56,378 nt of DNA from a virus (IMGVR_UViG_3300027816_000119:1-56378), one strand, 5' to 3'. Positions 18,401 through 29,071 are shown, counted from the first letter of the stretch. Numbers and translations: made by a program. The notes: generated from the letters alone by a model not told the origin.

Positions 18401-20875
18401 TATACCATTGTATGTTGCACCTGCAGTTTTATATGCAGCATTATGCGCTCTAAATATATTATCTAATGTATCTATACCTGATATACCATTACCAATAAAA
18501 CCTAAACCATTATAATAAGCAAGTAATGCTGCATTAAATGTATTATTAGCTCCTGTAGTTGCTAAAGGTGTTAGTGGTTGTAAATTTTGAGATAAAGGTG
18601 AAGAGGTTCCTGACACAAATGGAAGTTGTCTAATTTGTGTATAACTACCTTGAGGATAGTTAATTTGTTTTTTACCACCATTAGCTAATATACTGTAACC
18701 AAGAGCATACATCAACATTGCCCAAAAAGATGCATCACTAAGTAATTTATTTTTAGGATGTCCTGCTGGTTCAATAAATTGTTGTTGAGCCAATCCTGAA
18801 ACATGACCATATATTTTTAATTCACTTATTGCTAAGTAAGGATTTCTAAAACTTGTTTCTGGTGAATGAAATGATATAATCTCTTTTGGAATATCTTGAT
18901 TTTGATAAACTAAGTTTGTATCTACTTTCTTTATATAGGGATCATTATATTTAAAATTACGTCCTCCACTTGGACTATTCCCATAAGGATAAATAGAATT
19001 AAATGGAAAGTTTGCATACAAACCAGTTCTTGTGTTTGCAGCAACTCCTTGAATAACATAATCTCTAAAGTTATTAATCATTCCTTTAGCAATTATAGTT
19101 CTATTACCTTCTCTTGAGCCTACAAGAATTTCATAACCTACAATATTTGTAATTATGTTACCTTCATTATCAACAGGAGTTTGGATATTTTTAAATCTTA
19201 CTCCCATCAATCTTATTTTCATAGCATCTGTTAAAGGATCTCTTTTAAAATGATATGTTCTATCTGATAAATTATTGTCAGGAAACTTATGATGTCTTAT
19301 AGGTAGGCCACATAAATCATAATCAATACTTGGTGTCTGATATTTATTTGTCCATGGATGATAACTTGCATTCCAAATATCAGGTCTGTTATCAGGATAC
19401 TTTTCAGTTTCTGCTTGCCAATAACCCATATCACCATAAGCAATTACTTTTCCACCATCAGGTAATAGTTGTGTAGCTGCACTTAATTGTGAAGCTGTAT
19501 TTATTGTTTCAAATAAAAAAGTATCTCCTGGTAAAGTATTATCATCTGAATATGCTACTAAATCTGGACCTTTAGGGGGTCTTCCTGGAATATGATATGA
19601 AGCTGATTTATCTCCTGTATCATATACCCATCTGATAAAAAATGCATAAACTTCATCTCTTAAATAACTTGTTTTACTACCTCCTTTAAAATAATAATCT
19701 GAAGGATATTCAACAGAGACCCACTCAGCTCTAATTAAGTTAGCAAGAGGTTGATAATTAAAATCAAATTTAGAAGTCGGACCTATTCTAAGTAAATAAT
19801 TATTTAACTGAACTATTTGATCAGATTTTTCAAATACTGGTGTTTGTCTTACAATATCAAAATCATCTACATCAACTGCACTTACTTTTATTTGATCAAT
19901 ATATATTGATGTTGTTCTTGTAGAATATAATCCAATTTGTTTAGCTATAATACCTTCATTTACAAAAGCTATTACAATTAGAACAAACTCATCAAAGTTT
20001 TCAGAATCTGCTGTTAGGTTTAATTGTAAAGAACCCTGACCATTATCAGGAGTATACACTGCTTGAACATTACTTGGAGCAAAATAGTCTGTTACTTTTT
20101 GTCCTTTTATAGTATATGCAATAGCTGCATAATAAGAACCATTACTTAATGAACCAGAACTATCTCCTCTAAATAATTCTAAACAAGGAGTTTCCATTAG
20201 TCTTGCAAGTCTAATATTATCACAGTCTAAAAAAGGTGTATCAAAACAAAACTCACAAGCTCCTGTAGTACAATCTTGTATCCAAGTTACTCCTGGCCAT
20301 TGAGTACTTTGAGAAGGATCTGCTGTAAAAAAATATTTATTAGGATTTGCTGCTCCTCCCCATGTATAACCTTTTATAGGCCATGTTTCAGGATCTCCTA
20401 CATTTAAGAATCTATCTGGATTTTTTCCATCTGCCCAGTATACTTGCCAAGTACAATCTTCTTTTTCTCTTGAAGCTCCTGAAATTAAATTAAATCTACT
20501 AAAGTTTAAACATGCATCTACAACAATTGGAAAGTATTGACAAGAACTTTCTATAAATAAACCTATCTCAGAATTTGATGATCTCTTAGTTTTTTTTGTT
20601 TGATGAGCTGCAGTAAATACAATCCAATAATCAGAATATAAATTTATAAGACCTATTATGTATTTATAACCAACCATTGTTTGACCGGCTTTAGTACATA
20701 AGGTATTTGATCTTTCATTAGATAATGTACCTAAGTCACCTTCTGCCGTATTGTTTACAACATTACGGGCATGTGTCCACATACCTTCTTGTACAAATGA
20801 AGGATCAGAATCTTTATTAAGACCCTTGACAAAGGTGTTTGTTTGATTTTGTGCTTGATCTTGACTTTTTGCCAT
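15473..20875 (-). CDS. Tail muzzle/stabilization protein (P22 gp10-like, crAss-type)
   Basis: 1800 aa; N-terminal FVKGLNKD, YLRDEVYAFFIRW, PIRHHKFPD, FFGGDTYI, C-terminal WISFHDWHP; follows ring genes as in crAss-like phages. Confidence 0.75.
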   Translation of the reverse strand: MAKSQDQAQNQTNTFVKGLNKDSDPSFVQEGMWTHARNVVNNTAEGDLGTLSNERSNTLCTKAGQTMVGYKYIIGLINLYSDYWIVFTAAHQTKKTKRSSNSEIGLFIESSCQYFPIVVDACLNFSRFNLISGASREKEDCTWQVYWADGKNPDRFLNVGDPETWPIKGYTWGGAANPNKYFFTADPSQSTQWPGVTWIQDCTTGACEFCFDTPFLDCDNIRLARLMETPCLELFRGDSSGSLSNGSYYAAIAYTIKGQKVTDYFAPSNVQAVYTPDNGQGSLQLNLTADSENFDEFVLIVIAFVNEGIIAKQIGLYSTRTTSIYIDQIKVSAVDVDDFDIVRQTPVFEKSDQIVQLNNYLLRIGPTSKFDFNYQPLANLIRAEWVSVEYPSDYYFKGGSKTSYLRDEVYAFFIRWVYDTGDKSASYHIPGRPPKGPDLVAYSDDNTLPGDTFLFETINTASQLSAATQLLPDGGKVIAYGDMGYWQAETEKYPDNRPDIWNASYHPWTNKYQTPSIDYDLCGLPIRHHKFPDNNLSDRTYHFKRDPLTDAMKIRLMGVRFKNIQTPVDNEGNIITNIVGYEILVGSREGNRTIIAKGMINNFRDYVIQGVAANTRTGLYANFPFNSIYPYGNSPSGGRNFKYNDPYIKKVDTNLVYQNQDIPKEIISFHSPETSFRNPYLAISELKIYGHVSGLAQQQFIEPAGHPKNKLLSDASFWAMLMYALGYSILANGGKKQINYPQGSYTQIRQLPFVSGTSSPLSQNLQPLTPLATTGANNTFNAALLAYYNGLGFIGNGISGIDTLDNIFRAHNAAYKTAGATYNGITYTNELSQSQMLPPWLAFLGGLQNFAFFFAQGLKTANEFLYAIAPLKQYALQQIGHGYYDRFDPRKPGELYRFKVEDSLYVINDTNQEIPDYIDTTTSTIKKYTIQNIFRPKLVVLRTAQANTGATTGPSFLTSGTTLAQQISNAQDQSSITLYHADVGGLGPKIDEEDKKTIGFQTKIASHYGAIKVTLKNQYGQLDSIKQQVITPCEQKRDAFGTLIKDYSPALLGNFIQPSVATLNDPIPTPQTYYYKLIAQTDIFFGGDTYICRFTEKNIMLMFYNWLYGVADDFEYNYFVNQMLPQARYWMNSTHYDFSNISVENLSDFLGITTAAAPGTGLFPTDFYNLESINYDHSTDDATPYPGFWIPRNSYFYTSVSGVRDFYVETDILLDFREVGTFDFEKCYHPYRYTDLQQLFKMDPIIITRGNFYIYDLSLSASRLPSKFLTFGALQNRYYDPKVASLCYTYFPNVITYSLPFVQGSVEDAWFIFLPNNRKDFISQISSVKNFARTGALITFKNDGPQVFQGVDQLQLDGSGVKVTVGDGGLFAREAQNLVVTDKPYQYGSSQSRLAVISTPAGIYYISQNQGKIFTYNEGITEISQSGMKWWFDEFLPSKLLEDFPEYDYADNPVAGIGCQAIYDNENSVLYFCKKDYKLIDGFNTPQNPNRIQYISTPTESYFLDTMDPLQGNKIYILGDPAIFEDASWTASYDPKNRFWISFHDWHPDLTLPTKSTIVSTRADEFWAHNIECNDYCNFYGTQYPFEVEFPIVTGQTVTTLKSVEYVLECYKRNQENCVDQFHVLDYNFDYAVIHNTEQISPYLKLNIYAKNNPPLNLQYPKVNNSIFIDPTITPKAGFDILFSKEENKYRFNQFWDSVKDRGEFPYPSPQQLPDYPPTNPVIPGTTILSGSYRQENLWITAPNGYIKTINYQNIDINKNQLQRKKFRHYLNFIKLAKVNSRDTNMILKIFNTKNQYSPR

Positions 20876-20876
20876 G

Positions 20877-21899
20877 TTACATTATTCTTGATCTCCAAAA
20901 AGGTTGATTATAAAAAGGACTTGATGGTGAATATGATTTAAACATATCATAGTATTTACTATACTGAGCTTTTCTATTTGTCCACCAAAGTTTTTCTAAT
21001 TCTTTAAAGTTAGGAGTATTAACCAAACTCATTGCATTGTTTCTTGCTGATCTTAATCTTTGTTCTATGATCTGAATTCTTGCACCTACATCTTCACCAT
21101 TCATAAGTAAGTTTTCAAGAATTCTTTGTTTAAAGGCATACTCATAGTATTCATTTAAAAGATCATGATCTGGAACAAGTAAGTTTCCATCATCATCCTC
21201 AAGAGTACCTTGATAGTTTAAATAAACAGTACCTGTATTAAATGTAGTATAGAGATATCCATACTTTATCCAACCTTGGTTAGCTGTATTAAAATATAAG
21301 TTTGGACAGTTACAATCAATCTCTTGACTTGCTTTCATCCTAAGAGGTACCAGAGACTTATATATTCTAGTTTGAGAAGGATTAATATACTGAACTAACT
21401 CATATGCTTCTCCTTTACAGTTTAAGAAAACTCTTGGTTGTACTACTCTAGGAGGGATACATGTATCACCATATGGTTGTTCTGGATTATGTGTAACACA
21501 TATACCTTCTTTACCATTAAAACAACAAGGCTGATCTATAGGAGCCTCACAGCAATTAAGTGTTGTCTTTGCCGGAAATTCTCTATAAGGAACTTCTGCA
21601 ATATGAGTACCACTTGCATGACCATCATACCCTACAACAGTTTTATAATCTCCACAAATAAATGCAAAATTAAATGTATTAAAATCATCTGGTAGTTTAA
21701 CCTTACCATGATTAACTTCTAATAAAACTTCTTTAGTTTGATTTAACCTTAGACCTAATTCATAATTAAGTTTCTTAGCAAGTTTGATTAACTGCTGAGG
21801 CTCAATCATATTTTCTAAAGCAAAAGTATTAAGATCAATACTTACATCTTCCAGCAACTGGTCAAATGTTCTATATCTAAGTGTATAATTAAAATCCAT
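20877..21899 (-). CDS. Tail tubular/ring protein
   Basis: 340 aa, KVKLPDDF..G.VYLNY.G..DDDGNLLVPD pattern; directly upstream of muzzle gene. Confidence 0.6.
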   Translation of the reverse strand: MDFNYTLRYRTFDQLLEDVSIDLNTFALENMIEPQQLIKLAKKLNYELGLRLNQTKEVLLEVNHGKVKLPDDFNTFNFAFICGDYKTVVGYDGHASGTHIAEVPYREFPAKTTLNCCEAPIDQPCCFNGKEGICVTHNPEQPYGDTCIPPRVVQPRVFLNCKGEAYELVQYINPSQTRIYKSLVPLRMKASQEIDCNCPNLYFNTANQGWIKYGYLYTTFNTGTVYLNYQGTLEDDDGNLLVPDHDLLNEYYEYAFKQRILENLLMNGEDVGARIQIIEQRLRSARNNAMSLVNTPNFKELEKLWWTNRKAQYSKYYDMFKSYSPSSPFYNQPFWRSRIM

Positions 21900-22561
21900 T
21901 ATCTAAGTACATTTTGACTATCATCACCTGAATCAGGCGGCATTTGAGTAGTCATGGTTAATTCTTTTAATACAAAGTTTTCTGCTTCAGTAAATAAATA
22001 TTCTGGAATATTTAAAAGTTGTTGTTGCATTGTCATACATTCTTCTGTATTACAATCATCAACATCATTTTCAAATATAGCTTCTATTCTTACAGCATCC
22101 CAATCAATATTAGGAGCATATAGATAACCATTAAGATACCAGAAGTATGGTCTCTTATTATATTTAAAAGTTGTAGATTTACTTATAGAAATCCAAGTAC
22201 CTGGATCTGTTCTAAACATTTCTATACCCCCATCTATAGAAGATACAGTACGGATAATAGGACCAAACATACCGTCAAGTATTGTTGGAAGTTTATCTTT
22301 AGATCTTTTAAAATAGCAGTAAGAGTACACTCCTACACATCCTGCTTCAACTTTATCAACATCAATAAGTTCAACATAAGGTAGTACCTTAAATATTGAA
22401 CTCATCTTCATTAATCTAAATTGATTATCTTCTCTTTTAATAAGTGTCTTTGCATACTTACTTAATAGAAAATATATTTGTCTATCAGTTAAGAACGGAT
22501 CTTCCTTAACTGCTTTTAGAGTATTTCTAACTCTTGATATTGCTTCAGCTATTGTGGTCAT
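21899..22561 (-). CDS. Tail ring/adaptor protein
   Basis: 220 aa, crAss-like synteny between IHF-like gene and tubular gene; RSKDKLP..YFWYLNGYLY..IEAIFE. Confidence 0.55.
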   Translation of the reverse strand: MTTIAEAISRVRNTLKAVKEDPFLTDRQIYFLLSKYAKTLIKREDNQFRLMKMSSIFKVLPYVELIDVDKVEAGCVGVYSYCYFKRSKDKLPTILDGMFGPIIRTVSSIDGGIEMFRTDPGTWISISKSTTFKYNKRPYFWYLNGYLYAPNIDWDAVRIEAIFENDVDDCNTEECMTMQQQLLNIPEYLFTEAENFVLKELTMTTQMPPDSGDDSQNVLR

Positions 22562-23139
22562 AAATCAAATTCATTATATTTTTCTAAAGCATGCTCAGTA
22601 TCCTTAAGCTTCTTATCTTTATATAAAGTTTTGCTGTATGCAAGTCTTATCTTTGTTTTTGGATCCACTACAACGTACATGTTCCAATTTTCAGGATAAG
22701 TCTTGGCAACATTTCTTTTAAACTCTCTACAAGCTACAAAAGACCAAAACTCTCTATTTTTCATTTTATGTTTAAGAGCATAGTTTGTAAAAAATATCTT
22801 AGCCAGTTTTCCATCTGAGGCCCAATTTTTATTTTCTACACTTACTCCATATGTTCGGGATTTTGCAAAGTCTACATTTCTTTTCTTACTAGCTTGACAA
22901 GTCCCTATAAATAACCAACCAATCTGTTCAGGTAACTGAACTCCATCTCTAGAATCTACTACCAATTGAGCTACCGTTTTATTAAAAGTCTTAATAATGT
23001 TTCTAAGAACTTCATCCTCTACATGTCTATACTTAGGATGTTTCTTTTTAAAATTATTTATAAACTCTTTATTTAAAACATTATAAACCTCGGGTCTAAA
23101 CCTAGGAGCTTTTACATCAGGTAGTTTAAATTCCTTCAT
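22558..23139 (-). CDS. HU/IHF-like DNA-binding protein
   Basis: Basic; helical N-part then GVQLPEQIGWLFI beta element; position typical of crAss IHF-like genes. Confidence 0.45.
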   Translation of the reverse strand: MKEFKLPDVKAPRFRPEVYNVLNKEFINNFKKKHPKYRHVEDEVLRNIIKTFNKTVAQLVVDSRDGVQLPEQIGWLFIGTCQASKKRNVDFAKSRTYGVSVENKNWASDGKLAKIFFTNYALKHKMKNREFWSFVACREFKRNVAKTYPENWNMYVVVDPKTKIRLAYSKTLYKDKKLKDTEHALEKYNEFDL

Positions 23140-23179
23140 ATTAATATACTAAAAATATTTGACATTAACAAATGTAACT

Positions 23180-23209
23180 AAAAAACAAAACCCCCACAAG
23201 TGTGAGGGT
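23180..23209 (-). terminator. Hairpin/intrinsic terminator after fibre gene
   Basis: accc-ccac-aagt-gtg-a-gggt imperfect stem with A-run on left (U-tail on minus strand). Confidence 0.5.
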
Positions 23210-23254
23210 AATGCCTTGTTGTCACAGAAACCAACAACCTGTAACTTCTTTTTT

Positions 23255-24502
23255 TTAAACTATAGCAATTCTTCTTACTGCACGTACTCTGTTAGAGGTG
23301 GACTTACTGATAGTGCCAGCACCTCCACCATTGAAGTAGTAGATATAGGAGTTAGCACTACCTGCCTCTGTACTACTCCAATAGGCTAACAAGTCCATAG
23401 GAACAAATCCAGGTGTTACACCTTGATTTAAGTTTATTAAAAATCTATTTTGCCATATCATAGATAGTTCATCTATAGATGGTAGATACCAGTCACTTTG
23501 ACCGCCATTAGTACTTGTATCACATATACTAGCTGCAAATCCACCAGATCCAGGAGTTGAAACAATTGCTGCTGTATTAGTAAATCCATCCCATGTACTT
23601 TCAGCATTTGTAACATCTGTTCCATTTAATCCCCATTGAGCAGTTGATAAATCTGCTAAATCCATTATAATATAATTTTGTACTGGGGTAGTTATGTTAA
23701 TAGAAGGTGTACCAAATGTACTAATACTAGCCCATCTATGTACAACTATTCCTCCAAAAGTAGGTACATACTGTCCTATCTCAAAAGCAAAAGTACCTCT
23801 TATTGATAAAGTATCAGGAGTACTATTAGAAATACTAGTACTGATTCCATTAGCTCCAGTAATTGCTAAATTGTCATTAGGAATTGATGCTTGAGCATTT
23901 CCAAGATTACCAGAAATTTGACCATAACCAGGTGAAGCAGAACCAGGTGTTCCAGGAATTCCTTGAATACCTTGAGGGCCTTGGGGTCCAGTTGCTCCTT
24001 GAGCAGCTAATAAAGCCCAGTTAGTAGTATCAGTAGCTGGATCAGAAACTGATGGACCTACAGAATTAATACAAAAATAAGATGCTCCACCATATCCTAC
24101 AGCATCATCTACAACATATGTGCTAGTAGGAGACCATGTACCTTGCCAGTTTAATCCTGCTGGACCTACTGGACCAGGTATTCCTTGAGGACCTTGAGGA
24201 CCTTGAGAACCTGTTGCACCAGTTTGACCTTGAATTCCTTGAGGTCCTGCAATACCTTGTGGTCCTGCTGGTCCTGCTGGTCCTGCTGGTCCTTGAGTAC
24301 CTTGACCACCATTAGTACAAAAATAATCTACTAGTTTAGTAATGACAGTATCTAAGTAGTCATATCTTTTTATAACAATGTCATTTGTACATGTAAGATC
24401 TCTTCCTGTATATACAATACACTCTGCTGAAAATACCTCAGCGCATGCCGGTGGGCATGGAGGTACAACAGTAAAACTATTTGAGCAACTATTATCTGCC
24501 AT
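23255..24502 (-). CDS. Collagen-like tail fibre with C-terminal DUF1566/CLec-like receptor-binding domain
   Basis: Gly-X-Y tracts; [21 protein letters not shown] signature. Confidence 0.8.
   Translation of the reverse strand: MADNSCSNSFTVVPPCPPACAEVFSAECIVYTGRDLTCTNDIVIKRYDYLDTVITKLVDYFCTNGGQGTQGPAGPAGPAGPQGIAGPQGIQGQTGATGSQGPQGPQGIPGPVGPAGLNWQGTWSPTSTYVVDDAVGYGGASYFCINSVGPSVSDPATDTTNWALLAAQGATGPQGPQGIQGIPGTPGSASPGYGQISGNLGNAQASIPNDNLAITGANGISTSISNSTPDTLSIRGTFAFEIGQYVPTFGGIVVHRWASISTFGTPSINITTPVQNYIIMDLADLSTAQWGLNGTDVTNAESTWDGFTNTAAIVSTPGSGGFAASICDTSTNGGQSDWYLPSIDELSMIWQNRFLINLNQGVTPGFVPMDLLAYWSSTEAGSANSYIYYFNGGGAGTISKSTSNRVRAVRRIAIV
24158..24309 (-). repeat. Collagen (Gly-X-Y)n repeat
   Basis: [51 protein letters not shown]; tandem tgctggtcc. 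Confidence 0.9.
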
Positions 24503-24516
24503 GATTATTATTTTAA

Positions 24517-24945
24517 TTATCCTATAATAACAATTCTAGTATTACCAGAACCAGCTATTCTTGTTACAACAAGTGTATTTAACGCATATGCAGTAACAGT
24601 ATAGTTATCTGGATTAATAAGTGAGTTAGTTGTAATATCAATCAATTGAATTTGTACGGCTACATTACCTAAATTATGTGTAACAGTAACTGGAGTACCT
24701 GTTGCAAGTACTTCTTCTACTACATATTTTTTAGGTGTTGCACAAACAAATGCAGTTAGTTTTGCAACAATTGCATCTAAGTAATCATATCTACTAATTA
24801 TTGTTTGATCATTACATAAAATATCAGTACCTGTATAAACTACACATTGTGCATTATAAGTCTCAGGACATGTTGGTGGACATGGAGGAGCTACTACATA
24901 AGTATCAGTACATCCGCAAGGTTTTCCACAGTTATTAGTTGCCAT
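24517..24945 (-). CDS. Short fibre/adaptor protein with Cys-rich N-terminal domain
   Basis: N-terminus paralogous to that of 23255..24502; C-terminal VTHNLG motif common in fibre proteins. Confidence 0.6.
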   Translation of the reverse strand: MATNNCGKPCGCTDTYVVAPPCPPTCPETYNAQCVVYTGTDILCNDQTIISRYDYLDAIVAKLTAFVCATPKKYVVEEVLATGTPVTVTHNLGNVAVQIQLIDITTNSLINPDNYTVTAYALNTLVVTRIAGSGNTRIVIIG

Positions 24946-24978
24946 CTTTTTTATTTTAAATTAAACATATATACATTT

Positions 24979-26664
24979 TTATTTACAGACATAAGTTTTT
25001 ATATCTGTAGTACAAGGATCTACATAAGCAATTAAACCATCAATTCTAAATGCAAAACCACCAATTTGATTTTCATCACCTGCATCACAATCAAAAGGAT
25101 AATCAAAAGTTCCTATGTTATAATCTACTTTTAAATTATTTAAAGTTTCATATTGAGTATCTGGAGCTAGGGGTGCAGGTAATGGAATTGTTGTAGTTGT
25201 TGTTGTACCGGAAGTTATTGAGCTATGTACTGTTGAAAAAGGACTAATAAAATTTGGTACTTTTTCAGTTCTTCTTACATTACTAACAATATATCTTAAA
25301 TGTGATGATCCAATTTGTGCTATATCATTTCTTGTATTTGTAAGTTCTAAATCTTTAAGTACTGAAATATATAATTTTTTATCAAATGTAATTCCAACAC
25401 CAAATAAAGAAGATAATGCTGTTCCGTATGTAGCATCAACATCAATTTGTCTTGTTGCAATTATATAACCCATACCGTATGTATTATCTAAATTAGTCCC
25501 TGTATTTGAAGGACTAATATAAGGATCAAGAACAGATGATGGAATAACAGATGTACCATTATTAAATTGTATACTACCATTAGTATTAACAGAAACACCT
25601 CCTCCACCTGTAAATACTTGACATCCTGCAACAGAATTATAAGAAGTACTTGTATAACTTACAACATTTCCAGGAGAAACAGGATTATCTAAAGGAACTA
25701 CAACAACTCCTCTAAAATGAATTTGATTTCCCATTCTTCTACACTCAGGTCTATCTACACCTGGTGCATAATGATTAAAACCATTTAGTGGTTGCCAACC
25801 AGTATCTTGAATATTTGCAGTAAGTACTCCAGATGTAAAATTTAAATCAACACTATTTGTATCTGAAACAGTTAGTCCTATGTCAGAAATAAGATCATAA
25901 ACTCTACATAACACAATCCAAATATTAGTAACACTATCAGCAAGTGTTGTTGGAGATGCATCCCAGTTTGGATTACTTGTTATATCTGTTCCAAAAGAAC
26001 ATGGTATTTGTATTGCATCTGATATTTCTGATGGTGTACCTAATACTTCTGTTAAAGGACATATCAAACTATTTACTAAAGTTTGTAAGGCATTATCTAC
26101 AGGATATGGTGTGCCGGCATTTAATGAACCAATTGGACAGAGAAAAGTAACTGGTGGAATAGAAAATGTAGGAGGTGGAGTATCTTCTAAAATCTGTACT
26201 CTTATAGTTAGATTATCAATCTCTGTTTGTAATTCACCTATTTGATCTATTAAATTACATACTCTACTTCCAATCATTTGGACATAATCTGCCAATTGCA
26301 TTGTAGTTTGTCCTTCAACAATAAAACAAGAAGCTACTTGTACAGGACAATCAGGACATGCAGTTTCTGTTCTTGTACCATCTGTTGGAAGATCATATAA
26401 ATCACAAATTTTATCAATAAGTAATTGAATAAGAGCTTGAAAATCTTTGGGTCCACAAGCAGTTATTCCAAGACATGCAAGATCATAGTTTGTTACATTA
26501 GTTTGATCTAGTAGAGTACATAACTCTTCAGCCAATTTTGCTACTACATCAGATATAGTATCTCCAGTACATAGATCTATACATTCTAATGTAGGTCCTT
26601 GCCACACCACACAGTTTGATGATATTGGTGAACATGGTCTGTTATCTAAATTTAAAGGCTTCAT
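24979..26664 (-). CDS. Cys-rich fibre-like structural protein
   Basis: N-terminal CVVWQG..C domain, coiled coil, DTGW..RRMGNQIHFRG fibre-type motif. Confidence 0.6.
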   Translation of the reverse strand: MKPLNLDNRPCSPISSNCVVWQGPTLECIDLCTGDTISDVVAKLAEELCTLLDQTNVTNYDLACLGITACGPKDFQALIQLLIDKICDLYDLPTDGTRTETACPDCPVQVASCFIVEGQTTMQLADYVQMIGSRVCNLIDQIGELQTEIDNLTIRVQILEDTPPPTFSIPPVTFLCPIGSLNAGTPYPVDNALQTLVNSLICPLTEVLGTPSEISDAIQIPCSFGTDITSNPNWDASPTTLADSVTNIWIVLCRVYDLISDIGLTVSDTNSVDLNFTSGVLTANIQDTGWQPLNGFNHYAPGVDRPECRRMGNQIHFRGVVVVPLDNPVSPGNVVSYTSTSYNSVAGCQVFTGGGGVSVNTNGSIQFNNGTSVIPSSVLDPYISPSNTGTNLDNTYGMGYIIATRQIDVDATYGTALSSLFGVGITFDKKLYISVLKDLELTNTRNDIAQIGSSHLRYIVSNVRRTEKVPNFISPFSTVHSSITSGTTTTTTIPLPAPLAPDTQYETLNNLKVDYNIGTFDYPFDCDAGDENQIGGFAFRIDGLIAYVDPCTTDIKTYVCK

Positions 26665-26690
26665 ATCTTTATCTTATTATAATATACAAA

Positions 26691-28838
26691 TTAATTTTTA
26701 CAATTGCAAGTAGAACCTGTATTTACTGAATCACAACTGCAGGAACACTCAGAACAATTATAGTTTGGATCTTTCAAAGCTTGAAGATCTATTAGTTCTT
26801 TTTTAATTAACCATTTGTCATCTTCATCAGGACAACAGTTTGTTATACCATATCTTTTTTCCAAAGCTATTTTATAAAGTATATCAGCAAATTTACATGT
26901 TATCTCATCATATTTTGCTGGAGTACAGATAGGTGTATTATATCCTGGTCTTACAGTTCTATTATTTTTAAATATTGGTGGAGGACATACTCCATTTTGA
27001 CAATTACCAAAGTATTCTGGATACAATAGTTCATTTGGTGGTAATGGTTGTGGTGTGTCAAGTATCCATTTTTTTAAACAGATTTTTTCAGATGTTTCTC
27101 CTGGTAGTAATTTTATTTCTTCTGTTCCATCTTCACAATCAATATAATATATTGTTTGTTCAGTTGAAGTAATATTTGTTATTTTAGAACATACACAGGG
27201 TAAATCAATACCACATTCCTTACAACTAGCATAACTACTTACAACAACTACACTTGATAATTCAGTAAATGTTCTTGTTTCAAATACTTCCCAACAAGTA
27301 TCACAGTTTTCTATTTTAATTACTTGTCCTAAATATTCAGATAGATTTGTTTTAGTAACAATATCACCAACTTCACCAGCACAATCTACAAGTCTATAAT
27401 ATGTAGATAAACACTCATTACATGTTTTAAATACATTATCAATAACAACTAAGGTTATAGATGGTGGTAGTACATCTATTTGTGTTACCGTCCAGCATCC
27501 ACAATCAGTTTCAATTACTTGCCCTACATACTGAGACAAGTCTTGAGTAGTGTATTGTACTTCATAAATCTTTTCACAATTCTGAAGTTTATAAGCTATT
27601 ACTGGTAAACAGTCTTCACATTTATCAAATGATTCTAACACAGTGATATCTACAGGACATTCACAAGGACCAGGACATCTTTCTGTTTGAACATTTATCC
27701 ATGGAATTTCTGGCTGAATTACCCAACCAGTTAGTGTACCATCACTAATTGCTTCTGGACATTCTCTATCTAATTTGCTTTCCGCATATGATGTTCCTGG
27801 AATTGGACCTGAACTATCTTTTGATATAATCCAGTTTGATGCAGGATTAACTGATAAATTCCAAATAAAATAATTATCGGTGCCTATTGTAAATGTCCAA
27901 CGGTTCCATCCATTGTATGGTGTAATTAAAGATGCAGTATATTCATTTACTCCTGATCTATCTTCTATAGTTACAGTAATACATTCACAATCAGCTGATG
28001 TACTTGTATCAACTTCCCAACATCCTTCATAACCAGCTAACCTAACTATTTTTCCTATATATTGAAATAAACTTTGTAATGTTGAATAGATTACTTCTTT
28101 TGTTTCACAATTAGTAAGTTCATAACATATTTCAGGACATTCACCATCAACACATAAACCAACCTCAGCTACCTGAGTTGTATTTACATTACCAGTAACT
28201 ATTGGATCTATAAGTGAACAAAATTTTGTATTACCTAAAGTATTTTGAATATTACCTTCACAGTCAATATACTTAATTGTTGTAGCTCCTATTACTTGAA
28301 AACATCTACAGTCACATGGTGGAGGCGCAACATCTTCAACAGCAAATTCATTATTAATGTCAGGACATGGTCCATCATTAATATAAACATACCATGTTCC
28401 AGATATTACACCAGCTTCATTATATATTGTAATGGGTTGCCCAGAAGTAGCATATACTTCTAAATCATTAGTACTATTAAAAGATTGACCTTCACAATTA
28501 TAAAGAGTATAACATTGAGGATTACATTCTGGACAAAAATTTGGAAAAATATAATCTGAACACTTAGCTTCTTTTTCCTGAACTTTATTAAAAAAAGTTG
28601 GAGGATAAGAACTAATATTTGGTAATAAAGACCAATCATTAAGATCTGTAAGAGATATTTGTACCGTATAACAAGTATTCTTAAAGCCAACTGCTGATAA
28701 ACCTGGTAAATATGCAGGATTAGGATAAACTAAAGGGCCGTAATTACCACTAGTATATTTAAATTCTAATATATCATTTTCATCACAACAACTTGTGAAT
28801 GTTATTTTTCTAAATTGAAGTGATGGTACGCTAGCCAT
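26691..28838 (-). CDS. Cys-rich repeat protein, probably structural
   Basis: Repeats Y-x-L-x-[ND]-C ... L-x-x-Y-x-G-x-[VI] ... CW-x-V. Confidence 0.6.
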   Translation of the reverse strand: MASVPSLQFRKITFTSCCDENDILEFKYTSGNYGPLVYPNPAYLPGLSAVGFKNTCYTVQISLTDLNDWSLLPNISSYPPTFFNKVQEKEAKCSDYIFPNFCPECNPQCYTLYNCEGQSFNSTNDLEVYATSGQPITIYNEAGVISGTWYVYINDGPCPDINNEFAVEDVAPPPCDCRCFQVIGATTIKYIDCEGNIQNTLGNTKFCSLIDPIVTGNVNTTQVAEVGLCVDGECPEICYELTNCETKEVIYSTLQSLFQYIGKIVRLAGYEGCWEVDTSTSADCECITVTIEDRSGVNEYTASLITPYNGWNRWTFTIGTDNYFIWNLSVNPASNWIISKDSSGPIPGTSYAESKLDRECPEAISDGTLTGWVIQPEIPWINVQTERCPGPCECPVDITVLESFDKCEDCLPVIAYKLQNCEKIYEVQYTTQDLSQYVGQVIETDCGCWTVTQIDVLPPSITLVVIDNVFKTCNECLSTYYRLVDCAGEVGDIVTKTNLSEYLGQVIKIENCDTCWEVFETRTFTELSSVVVVSSYASCKECGIDLPCVCSKITNITSTEQTIYYIDCEDGTEEIKLLPGETSEKICLKKWILDTPQPLPPNELLYPEYFGNCQNGVCPPPIFKNNRTVRPGYNTPICTPAKYDEITCKFADILYKIALEKRYGITNCCPDEDDKWLIKKELIDLQALKDPNYNCSECSCSCDSVNTGSTCNCKN

Positions 28839-28842
28839 TAGA

Positions 28843-29052
28843 TTATACCTTAATAAATTTATCTAAATTTTTATATCTATCTTTTCCCCAAACAACTGGT
28901 TCTGATTGAACTACATTTTGTTTTGGTTTATTAGTTTTTAATTTTTCTTCATATGCAATTACACATGATGAACATACAGATGTTCCGTCAGATGCTGTTC
29001 TTCTTTGACAGGAACAACCTATTTTAATTCCACAGTTTGGACATGCACTCAT
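28843..29052 (-). CDS. Small Cys-rich (Zn-binding) protein
   Basis: CPNC..GCSC..CSSC; AAAACCAACAA leader. Confidence 0.65.
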   Translation of the reverse strand: MSACPNCGIKIGCSCQRRTASDGTSVCSSCVIAYEEKLKTNKPKQNVVQSEPVVWGKDRYKNLDKFIKV

Positions 29053-29071
29053 TTTTGTTGGTTTTTATGGG

